NCBI GenBank assembly: GCA_050916035.1
Contig: CP050876.1
Location: forward strand, 700,727-764,726
DNA length: 64,000 nucleotides
Reading direction: 5' to 3'
Source: Vampirovibrio sp.
GTDB lineage: Bacteria > Cyanobacteriota > Vampirovibrionia > Vampirovibrionales > JAJTHC01
Shown in pieces: positions 27,208-36,030 of the stretch. The translations under genes and the position numbers were made by a program. Below the pieces are notes generated by a model that saw only the letters and a list, made by a program, of their open reading frames with translations, made no database searches and was not told where the DNA came from. Each line of letters starts with the position of its first letter. Position 1 is the first letter of the stretch.

Positions 27208-27458
27208 CAGACGTCAACGCAAAAATGCGAGGCTTCCGAGACATTTTGCGGACGTCGTGCACAGGAATGATGCGAGGAGGTGGGGATTGAGGGGGGATTT
27301 TCAAGGGGGGACGAAGGGGAGGAGAAACGCAATGCGTCCTACCCCGTCCCCCCTTGAACGGATTTAGAGGTGTTGGAGACCTTTTTCCGTGAAAAGGTCT
27401 CTGACGGCACCAGCTTGAAACGGAGCGAGGAATCTATGGCTTAGCCTTCGCCGATTAT
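27208..27458 (+). repeat. Modular hairpin repeat, copy A (reference: modules 1-4)
   Basis: cagacgtcaacgcaaaaatgcgagg...cattttgcggacgtc (hairpin 1). GGGGGGACGaaggggaggagaaacgcaatgcgtcctaccCCGTCCCCCC (hairpin 2, 27305-27353). ttGGAGACCTTTTtccgtgAAAAGGTCTCtgacg (hairpin 3, 27375-27401). About 55-nt tail. The core is identical to copies B and C. Confidence 0.85.
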
Positions 27459-27499
27459 AGTTAAGCCGTGTGTAGATTTTTGACCAGAAGCCTTTGTGC

Positions 27500-27949
27500 T
27501 TAGGGTTCTGTTTTTTCTGACGCATCTTGCTTTAATCGTTGAAACTTATCAAATGGTTCTTCTTCTATTGGATCAAATTCTTTTTCGGTTAAGTTTAAGG
27601 CAGACTCTACCTGTTTTAAATTGGTTAATAAAGAATGGTCTTTTCTTTCAAAAGTATCTTTTAACTTTTGAGAATCGCCAGATTTTGGTTCTTTCTGTGT
27701 CACTGTTACTTGAGTATCACTAATGATCACTTGAGCTTTCTCGGAAAGAGAATGAATTTTTTCTACAAGGTTAAGCAAATCCTGTGCTTCTTGTGCAGGA
27801 TGTAGAACCAGTCGCAAAAAAAATCTTTTTTCCTGTGATGCTAAACTGCTTATTTCGTTATGGATATGTTCGAAAGACTTAAGAGTGATATAGCCGTTTC
27901 TTTGTTTGGTTTGGGTTTGGGAGTGTGAAACGCGTTGAATAGGGAGCAT
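27500..27949 (-). CDS. Hypothetical protein (149 aa, helical/charged, visibly AT-rich gene)
   Basis: Long ORF with no recognisable motifs. Lies between repeat copies A and D. Confidence 0.5.
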   Translation of the reverse strand: MLPIQRVSHSQTQTKQRNGYITLKSFEHIHNEISSLASQEKRFFLRLVLHPAQEAQDLLNLVEKIHSLSEKAQVIISDTQVTVTQKEPKSGDSQKLKDTFERKDHSLLTNLKQVESALNLTEKEFDPIEEEPFDKFQRLKQDASEKTEP

Positions 27950-28053
27950 GGGTGAACCTTTTCTTATGGTCGTTATGGCTAGGTTGAGATATAAAGTGAG
28001 AGTAGCTTTATATTAAATAGTATAAAAAAAATGGATTTGTAAAGCCTATTTGT

Positions 28054-28200
28054 GTCAAGGCTAACGAAAATGTTACAAAGTATCGGGGGAGTGGGCAATG
28101 CCGTCCTCCCTTTCCCCCTCCTTGAACGGATTTAGAGGGGTGGAGACCTTTTTCCGCGAAAAGGTCTCTGACGAGCGACCAGCCAAAAACGAAAGCCAGC
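28054..28200 (+). repeat. Modular hairpin repeat, diverged and shortened copy D
   Basis: gtcaaggctaacgaaaatg...caatgccgtcctccctttccccctccttgaacggatttagaggggtGGAGACCTTTTtccgcgAAAAGGTCTCtgacgagcgaccagccaaaaacgaaagcc. Terminal hairpin intact; hairpin 2 degenerate. Confidence 0.7.
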
Positions 28201-28263
28201 CATCCAAAAAACAAGAATTCAAAAAAAAGAGCCTCTTCAAGGATAAAAACACTCTATGTGACC

Positions 28264-29430
28264 TTAAACGTTCTGTGCGGTTGAAGGTGCTTGTTGTTCT
28301 TTATCGGCTTGGTATCGATTCGCGAGCTGACCACAGGCGGCATCAATATCGACTCCGCGTTCTAAACGAACCGTGACTTTTTTATGGTATCGCTCCAGTA
28401 AAATAGTCATAAAGGTTTTAATCGCTGCATTGGAAGAACGCCTGTAGTCCACGGCACGAGGCAAGTCTTTCGCCATGGGATTATAAGGAATCAGGTTGAT
28501 ATTACATTTTAAATGTTTGATTAATTGTCCGAGTTGATGGGCATGTTCAGGTTGGTCGTTGATGCCGTCCATCATAATATATTCCATGGTGAGGCGTCGA
28601 TGAGTGGAGGCCAAATAGCGCTCTAAGGCGGGGATGAGTGTTTCTAAAGGCCAGCGACGGTTAATGGGCATAATTTGAGAACGTATCTCGTTGTTGGGCG
28701 CATGCAGCGACAAGGCCAAGGTGATGGGCATTTCTTCCGTGGCCAATTGATCAATGTGGTCTACCAATCCAGACGTCGACACGGTAATCCGTCGCATGCC
28801 CACTTCGCAGGATTCATTTAAAATCCGAAGAGACTTCACGGTGTTTTCGTAATTATGGAGGGGTTCCCCTTGTCCCATGTAAACGACGTTGCGGACTTCT
28901 TTACCGCTGTCGGCTTGTACTTGCGTGTATTGCTCTACAATTTCACTGGCGGAAAGGTGTCGTTTTAATCCGATTTTACCTGTCGCGCAAAAGGAACAGT
29001 TAATCGCACAGCCCACTTGGGTGGACACACATAAGGCGTAGCTGCCTCGCTCTTCAAAATACATTAAGACGGATTCAATCACGTTACCGTCCGCACATTG
29101 AAACAGGTACTTCACGGTGCCGTCTTGAGAAAGCTGTTTGCTTGCAATACGAAGCGTGCCGATTTGAAAATGTTCACGGAGTTCTTGCTGAAAGGCTTTG
29201 GAAAGATTCCGCATGGCGGAAAAGTCCTGAACGCCTTTGACGTATAGCCAATGGTGAAGCTGTTCGGCACGAAAGCGAGGGTGCCCTAAGGCGGTGAAGA
29301 GTTCCAGTAGCTCGGCTTGTGTTTTACCAATTAGGACGGGTAAGGCATGGGCGGGAAGGGGGGGTAAGGTGACCTGCGTCATCCGGGTGTAGGACGCCGT
29401 TTCTGAAGCGTTAGGAGGGGAGATAGGCAT
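28264..29430 (-). CDS. rlmN: 23S rRNA/tRNA A2503 C2-methyltransferase RlmN (radical SAM)
   Basis: CVSTQVGCAINCSFCATG (CxxxCxxC), MGQGEPLHN, TVSTSG, and the ending ERGVDIDAACGQL. Confidence 0.9.
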   Translation of the reverse strand: MPISPPNASETASYTRMTQVTLPPLPAHALPVLIGKTQAELLELFTALGHPRFRAEQLHHWLYVKGVQDFSAMRNLSKAFQQELREHFQIGTLRIASKQLSQDGTVKYLFQCADGNVIESVLMYFEERGSYALCVSTQVGCAINCSFCATGKIGLKRHLSASEIVEQYTQVQADSGKEVRNVVYMGQGEPLHNYENTVKSLRILNESCEVGMRRITVSTSGLVDHIDQLATEEMPITLALSLHAPNNEIRSQIMPINRRWPLETLIPALERYLASTHRRLTMEYIMMDGINDQPEHAHQLGQLIKHLKCNINLIPYNPMAKDLPRAVDYRRSSNAAIKTFMTILLERYHKKVTVRLERGVDIDAACGQLANRYQADKEQQAPSTAQNV

Positions 29431-29572
29431 GGGAGTAAGGTTTCAATCGGGATTGTCAAGGATCATCGATATTTAGGATGATACCTTAAAAGGGAGTTTA
29501 GTCTATAAAAGCATAAAGAGGCCTCAAGGTAAAATGATGCGTCTTCTTGGAATGTTTAATTTGCTTTTTCAT

Positions 29573-30040
29573 TTACTCAGGCTTGGGGATGAAGCTGAAC
29601 ATCATATCCGCTTCGACAGACACTTGACCATCAACGCTTGCAAGGCCTTTGATTTTGACGATACTGCGTCGACATTGAACGAGTTCTGCACGAAGATCAA
29701 GACGGTCCCCAGGGACGACCATTCGACGAAAGCGGACATTATCTAAGCCTGCGAATAAGCCTAATTTTCCTTCGCCTTCGGGTAAGTGCGCCACCATGAC
29801 GCCCCCGAGTTGTGCCAAGGCTTCAATCTGTAAAACCCCTGGCATAATGGGCAGATGAGGGAAGTGCCCTTTGAAAAAATCTTCATTCATACTGGTGTTT
29901 TTATACCCGACAATAAAAACCCCTTGGTTATGTTCCGTGACACGATCAATCAATAAAAAGGGCGGCCGATGGGGAATATAACGTTGAATGTCTAAAATAT
30001 CCAAGGTGGGCATGGGTTCTGTGGTGGGTAGGGTGGTCAT
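29573..30040 (-). CDS. fabZ: 3-hydroxyacyl-ACP dehydratase FabZ
   Basis: IQRYIPHRPPFLLIDRV, FFKGHFPHLPIMPGVLQIEALAQ, FAGLDNVRFRRMVVPGD. Start set at the ATG at 30040 (MTTLPTT) rather than 30127. Confidence 0.9.
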   Translation of the reverse strand: MTTLPTTEPMPTLDILDIQRYIPHRPPFLLIDRVTEHNQGVFIVGYKNTSMNEDFFKGHFPHLPIMPGVLQIEALAQLGGVMVAHLPEGEGKLGLFAGLDNVRFRRMVVPGDRLDLRAELVQCRRSIVKIKGLASVDGQVSVEADMMFSFIPKPE

Positions 30041-30130
30041 TATAAGCAGGGTCTTTCTGTTTAAAAGGCAAAAAATAGGTGTACCCATTATAAAATAAAC
30101 ATAAAGATATTTCAAAATAAAACACAAATA

Positions 30131-30161
30131 AAAAGCCCCACATCGATGAAGACTGGGGCTT
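30131..30161 (-). terminator. Intrinsic terminator just downstream of tRNA-Lys
   Basis: Minus strand: AGCCCCAgtcttcatcgatgTGGGGCTtttt. 7-bp stem and a T-run. Confidence 0.65.
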
Positions 30162-30163
30162 TA

Positions 30164-30235
30164 TGCGTCCACTGAGATTCGAACTCAGGACCTTTCCCTT
30201 AAAAGGGGACTGCTCTACCGCTGAGCTATGGACGC
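30164..30235 (-). tRNA. tRNA-Lys (anticodon UUU)
   Basis: Reverse complement: GCGTCCATAGCTCAGCGGTAGAGCAGTCCCCTTTTAAGGGAAAGGTCCTGAGTTCGAATCTCAGTGGACGCA. Acceptor GCGTCCA/TGGACGC. Anticodon loop CTTTTAA. T-arm CTGAG-TTCGAAT-CTCAG. Confidence 0.9.
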
Positions 30236-30251
30236 TTATTTGACTTTTAAT

Positions 30252-30280
30252 AGAGTATGCCAAGCATAAATGAGAGTCAA
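30252..30280 (-). promoter_or_regulatory. Candidate sigma-70 promoter for tRNA-Lys
   Basis: Minus strand: TTGACT-17 nt-TACTCT, ending about 16 nt before the mature tRNA 5' end. Pattern match only. Confidence 0.35.
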
Positions 30281-30632
30281 CCCCTTACGCTGAGTTCTTC
30301 GCTCAGCAGGGTAGGGTTTAGCCTTTTTATGTTAGGCAACTGTGATTCAAGTGAAGTGGGCGCGTTTAAATCTTGACGTCCCTTCTATGTCTATACGAAG
30401 GGTTACCTTACTTAGTCGTCCCCCTGTTTTTCTTAACCATTTGGATTATTTGTCATGATGATGTTCTTACGCACGCCCGTCTTATCCCCTTTAATATATA
30501 TATAGTATCCCTTTGCGAGCGTTCTTGGATTCTGAGTGGAGTGCTAATGCTTATGAAACGTATGTTGCTTTGCAGAACACGCCTTATTTAAAGTCAAAAT
30601 AGTAAAGAGTCTCTAGAATGTAGGTTTTCGCT

Positions 30633-31355
30633 TTAATGCAACACGGACAAGGTCACCATAAAGACATTTTCTAAACGGGTGCTGCCGTTGGCTTGGTGCT
30701 GAAGCAAGGCCATGTAACCCAGTTCAGCATTGACGTGTGCGGTTAAATGCCTGCCTACCCCGAGGTAGCTACCGTTTTGATTCCAGCCCGCCTTATTGTT
30801 GGGGCTGGAGGTATTGGCGTTGACAATGAGTTCATTTTGAAGAAACCCGTACCATTTGGGGTGCTGGGGTATGCTATGTTGATAACGAGCCAAGGTGCGA
30901 AGGTTAACCAAGGCGGTGGACTGCCCTTCAATCAGGCGCTCTTCCACGCGCCCTCTCAACAGAAGGTTGCCTCCACCAAGGGGTTCGTTATGAAGGACGG
31001 CTTGCCATAAGCGTTGTTCGTTGTTAAAGCGGGGGTTATAGGTCGGCACCCACGCATAACCCGACCACAGGCTGGTTTTTGGGGTAATTTGATAGCCTAG
31101 TCCCGTCCATAATAGGGTACGTTCTAAGGGGGTCGTTTTTTCTTGGCTTTGTAAGCGTAATTGACCTTCTAAATAGACTTTGAGCTTGGGGGTTTGGGCT
31201 AAAGGGGTCAGGGTGACGGCAAGGGTCTCCCACGTGCCTTCTGTGGCTTCTCCCGCGTGGGTAGGAGTGGAGAGCCCAAATCCTACGACTAAAAATAATA
31301 GTCCCCAGAAGATGCTTGCTGTGACGTCGATTTTCCAGAAAAAGGGAGAGGGCAT
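30633..31355 (-). CDS. Secreted probable outer-membrane beta-barrel protein (DUF2490-like by recollection)
   Basis: Signal/TM segment IFWGLLFLVVGFGLSTPTHAGE. Alternating-polarity strands with aromatic ends (LWTGLGYQI, LWSGYAWVP, AELGYMALL). Confidence 0.45.
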   Translation of the reverse strand: MPSPFFWKIDVTASIFWGLLFLVVGFGLSTPTHAGEATEGTWETLAVTLTPLAQTPKLKVYLEGQLRLQSQEKTTPLERTLLWTGLGYQITPKTSLWSGYAWVPTYNPRFNNEQRLWQAVLHNEPLGGGNLLLRGRVEERLIEGQSTALVNLRTLARYQHSIPQHPKWYGFLQNELIVNANTSSPNNKAGWNQNGSYLGVGRHLTAHVNAELGYMALLQHQANGSTRLENVFMVTLSVLH

Positions 31356-31597
31356 ACGTGTAATTTTTTAGATTATTTATAATGACAGCTTTAAGTATTT
31401 CATAAAAATAAAAAGCAGGGGATGGAATATCGTTCTTTCGGCCTTCTTTTTGCTGATCGAGATGGGGCTCCTGTGGCAAGTGGAAAGGAGGGGGTTTCGC
31501 ATCCATAATAGATTCTCTAGGAGGTCTGGTATCTTGCCAGTCTGTCGCCTTTATGAGACAGTGAAGACACAGTTATTGAAAGAGAAAGGATGCTCCC

Positions 31598-34546
31598 GTG
31601 ACGTCTGAACCGAATCCTTCTGAAACGAATCTTAAAGCGTCTGAACTCAACTATAAAGACACCCTTCGCCTCCCTAAAACGGGGTTTCCTATGCGCGCAG
31701 GGGCCAGTACGCGAGAACCTGAAATTCAAGCCTTTTGGGAATCTGAAAAAATTTATCAAAGTAATTTGGCGTCTAAGAATAAGTCCCATGCCTTTATTTT
31801 ACATGACGGTCCGCCTTATCTTTCTAGTGATAAAATTCATATTGGGACGGCCTTGAATAAAATTTTGAAAGATATTGTCGTTCGCTATAAAACGCAAAAG
31901 GGATTTTACGCCCCTTATGTGCCGGGTTATGACGGTCACGGTTTGCCCATTGAAGCGGCGGTTGAAAAAAAGATCAAAGGCGGACGAAAATCCATTACGG
32001 CTTTGGAATTGCGCGAAAAATGTAGAGCCTTTGCGCTTTCTAATTTAAAAGGGCAGGAAACAAACTTTAAGCGCTTAGGGGTCATGGGCCATTGGGACGC
32101 GCCTTATTTGACGATTGATCCCAGTTTTGAAGCCACGCAAATTGAATTGTTTGCCCAGATGCTTGAAAAAGGCTATGTCTATAAAGGCTTAAAGCCTGTC
32201 CATTGGTGCCCGATTAGTGAGTCGGCAATGGCAGAAGCAGAAATTGAATACGAAGATCATGAAAGCCATAGTATTTATGTGGCCTTTAAGCTACCCACGC
32301 TTGAAAAGCGTTATGGGGACCCTTTGACTGCTGAATTGACTACAGTTTTAGAAGGGGCGTCTTTAGTGATTTGGACGACCACGCCATGGACGATGCCCGC
32401 CAACGTCGCTATTGCGGTTCATGAAACGGTCGATTACGTCGTGGTGCAAGCGCCTCAACACGGCAAAGTGGTGCTTGCGTTAGATTTACTGGAAACGCTT
32501 GCGCCTAAATTTGGGGTGGATCCTGCTCAAGGTTTTAAGCCGCTTATGACGTTTAAGGGGCGTGAACTCAAAGGATTGGTAGCCAAGCACCCTTTTATTG
32601 AGCGAGAATCCGTCGTAATTGCGGCCGATTTTGTGACCACGGATTCAGGGACGGGCTTGGTGCATATTGCAGGCGGCCACGGTCCAGATGACTTCTTTGT
32701 CGTCAAATCCTACAACCGTCAAGAACTCAAAGATCATCCGCTTCCCATTATTTCGCCCGTGGATGAACAAGGTAAATTCAGGGCCGAAGCAGGTGTGCCT
32801 CATGAAGTGGTCGGTGTGTTTTATGAAAAAGCCAACTGGATTTTATTAGAGATTATGAAAAAAGCTGAGGCCTTGGTTTGGCATGGGACCTTTACCCATT
32901 CTTTTCCGCATAGCTGGCGCAGTCATGCCCCCGTTATTTTCAGAGCCACGGAACAATGGTTTATTCAAGTGGACGCGTTTCGAGACACCGCCCTTGCCGA
33001 AATTAAAAACGTCCAGTGGATTCCCGCGCGTGGTGAATCCCGCCTCAGTACCATGGTAGCCAATCGTCCTGAATGGTGTGTGAGTCGTCAACGGGTTTGG
33101 GGGGTTCCGATTCCTGCGTTTTATTGTGAAAAATGTAAGACGGTGCATTTAACGACTGAAACCACGGCGTGGGTGGCGGAAGTGTTTCGTCAAGAAAGTA
33201 GTGATGCATGGGCGAAATATGACGCTGATCACTTTTTACAAGGTCGTTTAACTTGTACGCATTGTGGGCATGATCGTTTCACCAAAGAAGAAGACGTCAT
33301 GGATGTCTGGTTTGATTCTGGGGTGAGCCATACGGCGGTGGTGGAAGCGCGTCATGCGGAACTGGGCCATGTTCCTGTGGATTTGTATCTAGAAGGCAGT
33401 GACCAGCATCGAGGTTGGTTCCAGTCGTCTTTACTGACGAGTGTGATGTTACGAGATAAAGCCCCCTATAAAGCGGTGTTGACCCACGGTTTTGTCTTGG
33501 ATGAAAATGGCCGAAAAATGAGTAAGTCTTTGGGTAATGTGATTGACCCTAATACCGTGATGCGTGAATACGGAGCGGATGTCTTGCGTTTGTGGGTGGC
33601 TTCGGTGGACTATACCAGTGATGTTAAAATCGGGGGGGGCACGCTGAAGCAACTTGGTGATATTTACCGAAAAATTCGCAATACCTGTCGCTTTTTAATG
33701 GGGAACTTGCATGGGTTTAATCCCGAGCAAGACATGGTGCCCTACGAACAACTAAGCGTTTTGGACACCTATGTGTTGCATCGTTTAACGGTGGTGACTC
33801 ACGCGTTAGAAGACGCCTTTGAACGCTATGAGTTTCATCGTTTTTATCAATTATTGCAAAATTTGTGTGTGGTGGAATTATCATCGCTTTACTTTGATGT
33901 GGTGAAAGATGTGCTGTATTGTCATGGGGAAAAGGATGCGCGACGTCTGGGGGTACAAAGCGTCTTGTATCATATTCTCAGTACCTTGACTCGTGTGATT
34001 ATTCCCGTCATGCCCCATATGGCTGAAGATATTTGGAGCCATTGGCCGAAGGAGCAAAAACCCTCTTTCGCTTTGACAGAGGGAGCTCCGACTTCAATTT
34101 TACTGGCTCCTTGGCCAGAACTACCCACGGCTTGGGTCTTGCCTGCTGAAAAAGAAAAGGCCTTTGAAGCCTTGCTAATGTTGCGGGAAACGGTGAATGC
34201 GGGCTTAGAACAAGCGCGTTCGCAAGAAGAAATTGGTTCGTCTTTAGAAGCGAGTATTTTAATTCAACCCTTGTCCCCTACGTGGCAATTTGTTCAGGCT
34301 TTGGACGAAAATTTACTGGAAACGATCTTTTTGGTGTCTGGGGTAGAGGTTTTAACGTCCACCACCAACGTCTATACCGAATATGCCGTGCTGGCTGAAG
34401 AAGAAGTGGACGGAGAATACAAGGTTTACGTGATTCGTGCCACAGGCGATAAATGCCAACGCTGTTGGCAGTATAAGGAAACGGTTGGGGCGTATGTGGA
34501 TCATCCTTCCTTGTGTACCCGTTGTCATCACGCCGTTTTAGATTAA
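31598..34546 (+). CDS. ileS: Isoleucine--tRNA ligase
   Basis: FILHDGPPYLSSDKIHIGTALNKILKD (HIGH region), KMSKSLGN, editing-domain WTTTPWTMPAN, and C-terminal Zn cysteines (CQRCW...CTRCH). GTG start. Confidence 0.95.
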   Translation: MTSEPNPSETNLKASELNYKDTLRLPKTGFPMRAGASTREPEIQAFWESEKIYQSNLASKNKSHAFILHDGPPYLSSDKIHIGTALNKILKDIVVRYKTQKGFYAPYVPGYDGHGLPIEAAVEKKIKGGRKSITALELREKCRAFALSNLKGQETNFKRLGVMGHWDAPYLTIDPSFEATQIELFAQMLEKGYVYKGLKPVHWCPISESAMAEAEIEYEDHESHSIYVAFKLPTLEKRYGDPLTAELTTVLEGASLVIWTTTPWTMPANVAIAVHETVDYVVVQAPQHGKVVLALDLLETLAPKFGVDPAQGFKPLMTFKGRELKGLVAKHPFIERESVVIAADFVTTDSGTGLVHIAGGHGPDDFFVVKSYNRQELKDHPLPIISPVDEQGKFRAEAGVPHEVVGVFYEKANWILLEIMKKAEALVWHGTFTHSFPHSWRSHAPVIFRATEQWFIQVDAFRDTALAEIKNVQWIPARGESRLSTMVANRPEWCVSRQRVWGVPIPAFYCEKCKTVHLTTETTAWVAEVFRQESSDAWAKYDADHFLQGRLTCTHCGHDRFTKEEDVMDVWFDSGVSHTAVVEARHAELGHVPVDLYLEGSDQHRGWFQSSLLTSVMLRDKAPYKAVLTHGFVLDENGRKMSKSLGNVIDPNTVMREYGADVLRLWVASVDYTSDVKIGGGTLKQLGDIYRKIRNTCRFLMGNLHGFNPEQDMVPYEQLSVLDTYVLHRLTVVTHALEDAFERYEFHRFYQLLQNLCVVELSSLYFDVVKDVLYCHGEKDARRLGVQSVLYHILSTLTRVIIPVMPHMAEDIWSHWPKEQKPSFALTEGAPTSILLAPWPELPTAWVLPAEKEKAFEALLMLRETVNAGLEQARSQEEIGSSLEASILIQPLSPTWQFVQALDENLLETIFLVSGVEVLTSTTNVYTEYAVLAEEEVDGEYKVYVIRATGDKCQRCWQYKETVGAYVDHPSLCTRCHHAVLD

Positions 34547-36030
34547 GCGATGTTTGCAGGAATGCCGCCCGCCCAGTCTTTATTTTTTGAAGGGGCGTGA
34601 AAGCCAATTTGGCTAGAGTCTAATTTTTCTGCGTCGGTATATTTGACTTCTTCAATATCACCTACGGTAATGGATTGATTAAACTCTTTATGGATGTAGG
34701 TCTTGGTCCCCTCTTCTTTGTTTTCACGAATGTCCCAATCGGCTTCACGTCCTTCTAAGGTCATTGTATCGCTGCCTGCGCCCCCACTGACGATAAAATT
34801 GCTGTTGGCATTTTTAGATGAGGCATGGACAAAGACTTCATCATTCCCGACCCCTAAGTCGGCGATGACTTCGTTCTTTTTGCCCCCTAAGTCAAGGGTA
34901 TCGGTTTGTTTGGCTTCAAAGGCAGGGCGCTTTTCTTTTGACAGGTCGATCTGAGAGGTTAAATCACTGGTCACCACGGTGCTTTGATTGCCTTCCCCTC
35001 CAATACGGATGGTTTGCTTACCGCTCCCCCCATATAAGGTTTGGTTATTTTGCCCCGCCAAGGTGGCTTCAGTGGCTTTGTCTCCCGCATGGCTAAAAAT
35101 GGTATTGTTATTATTTTTACCGATTAAGTCAAAGCGTTGAAGACCTTTTTGTGCGGTGATAAAATTGGTGTTGCCGTCCGCTTTTTCCCCTAGGCCGAGT
35201 TCTTGAATGGACCCTGAAGCGTTGAGGTGATTCGTGTTTTTTAGTCCATTTAAGGTAACGCTTCCGACGTTGCCATTGACGTAGAATTTACTTTGGGCTT
35301 TTTCAGCGGAATCTTCCCAAGACTCTAGATTGCCCAATATTTGGGTTTTGGACTCTGCTTTATAAGCGGTCGTTAGTACTTGTTTGCTGTTTCCGTTGAC
35401 CATGACGTCATGCCGAACGGCAGGGACGCCTTGAAGGAAGGTGCCCAGGTCAAGATCGTTTTTAAGGGCAGGCTTGTCGTCATTACGGTGGCTGGCCCCT
35501 GCAAGTGTTAATTGATCAATCGACCCTGCGCTGAGTTGATTTTCCGTGCCGCCTTCTCCATCTAAAACGGCGTCTTGTAGACGTCCCCCCACGTTTAATT
35601 GATTACGATTGTTTCGCCCAGACTGATAGCTCTTTTCAATATTACCCAGGACAATAGCGTCGTGCTTGGCTCCTTTTTGACCCATTTGTGACAGCGATTG
35701 AACATTCCCATTCACCTGTGCTTGATTCAAACTGGTCGCGGTGGATCCCGCCATGTCTAAACGTCCCACATTCTTTTCAAATAAAATTTGTGTGTTTTGG
35801 CCGCTGAGTCGGGCTTGATTAAGCTCATAGCCAAAACGTTGAATGTCCGTGTTTTGTGCAGTGAAGTCAATGCGTAGCGGTCCACTATTTTTGGGTTGAA
35901 CCCTGTTAAATTGGGTGACATCAACGACAGGAATAGGTTCAATGGGGGCAGGGGCTTGTGGATATCCCAAGCCAGATAAATTCCCAAAATTGGGGGGAAA
36001 GCAGTTAGTGCCATTCATGCGAGCGGTCAT
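34543..36030 (-). CDS. N/G/Q-rich beta-helix-like repeat protein with RTX-type Ca-binding nonapeptide(s); no signal peptide
   Basis: 495-aa ORF. GGAGSDTMT (GGxGxDxUx) encoded at 34759-34785, plus weaker YGGSGKQTI and GVGNDEVFV. Its stop codon overlaps the ileS stop (TTAA). Confidence 0.6.
   Translation of the reverse strand: MTARMNGTNCFPPNFGNLSGLGYPQAPAPIEPIPVVDVTQFNRVQPKNSGPLRIDFTAQNTDIQRFGYELNQARLSGQNTQILFEKNVGRLDMAGSTATSLNQAQVNGNVQSLSQMGQKGAKHDAIVLGNIEKSYQSGRNNRNQLNVGGRLQDAVLDGEGGTENQLSAGSIDQLTLAGASHRNDDKPALKNDLDLGTFLQGVPAVRHDVMVNGNSKQVLTTAYKAESKTQILGNLESWEDSAEKAQSKFYVNGNVGSVTLNGLKNTNHLNASGSIQELGLGEKADGNTNFITAQKGLQRFDLIGKNNNNTIFSHAGDKATEATLAGQNNQTLYGGSGKQTIRIGGEGNQSTVVTSDLTSQIDLSKEKRPAFEAKQTDTLDLGGKKNEVIADLGVGNDEVFVHASSKNANSNFIVSGGAGSDTMTLEGREADWDIRENKEEGTKTYIHKEFNQSITVGDIEEVKYTDAEKLDSSQIGFHAPSKNKDWAGGIPANIA

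Noticed and set aside
28008-28376. ORFs 28008-28214 (-) and 28098-28376 (+) over repeat copy D and the rlmN 3' end
   Set aside because: They are read through hairpin-rich repeat DNA and overlap the well-supported rlmN gene. No coding signal.
30041-30127. Longer FabZ start (30127) and ORF 29946-30263
   Set aside because: The N-terminal extension (MCFILKYLYVYFIMG...) runs to within 4 nt of the tRNA-Lys terminator hairpin. The 105-aa ORF is antisense to tRNA-Lys. The ATG at 30040 gives a normal FabZ.
31356-31597. T-box leader or other riboswitch upstream of ileS
   Set aside because: I could find no T-box consensus (AAnnnGGGTGGTAC-like), no specifier-loop/terminator arrangement and no clear terminator-antiterminator pair.
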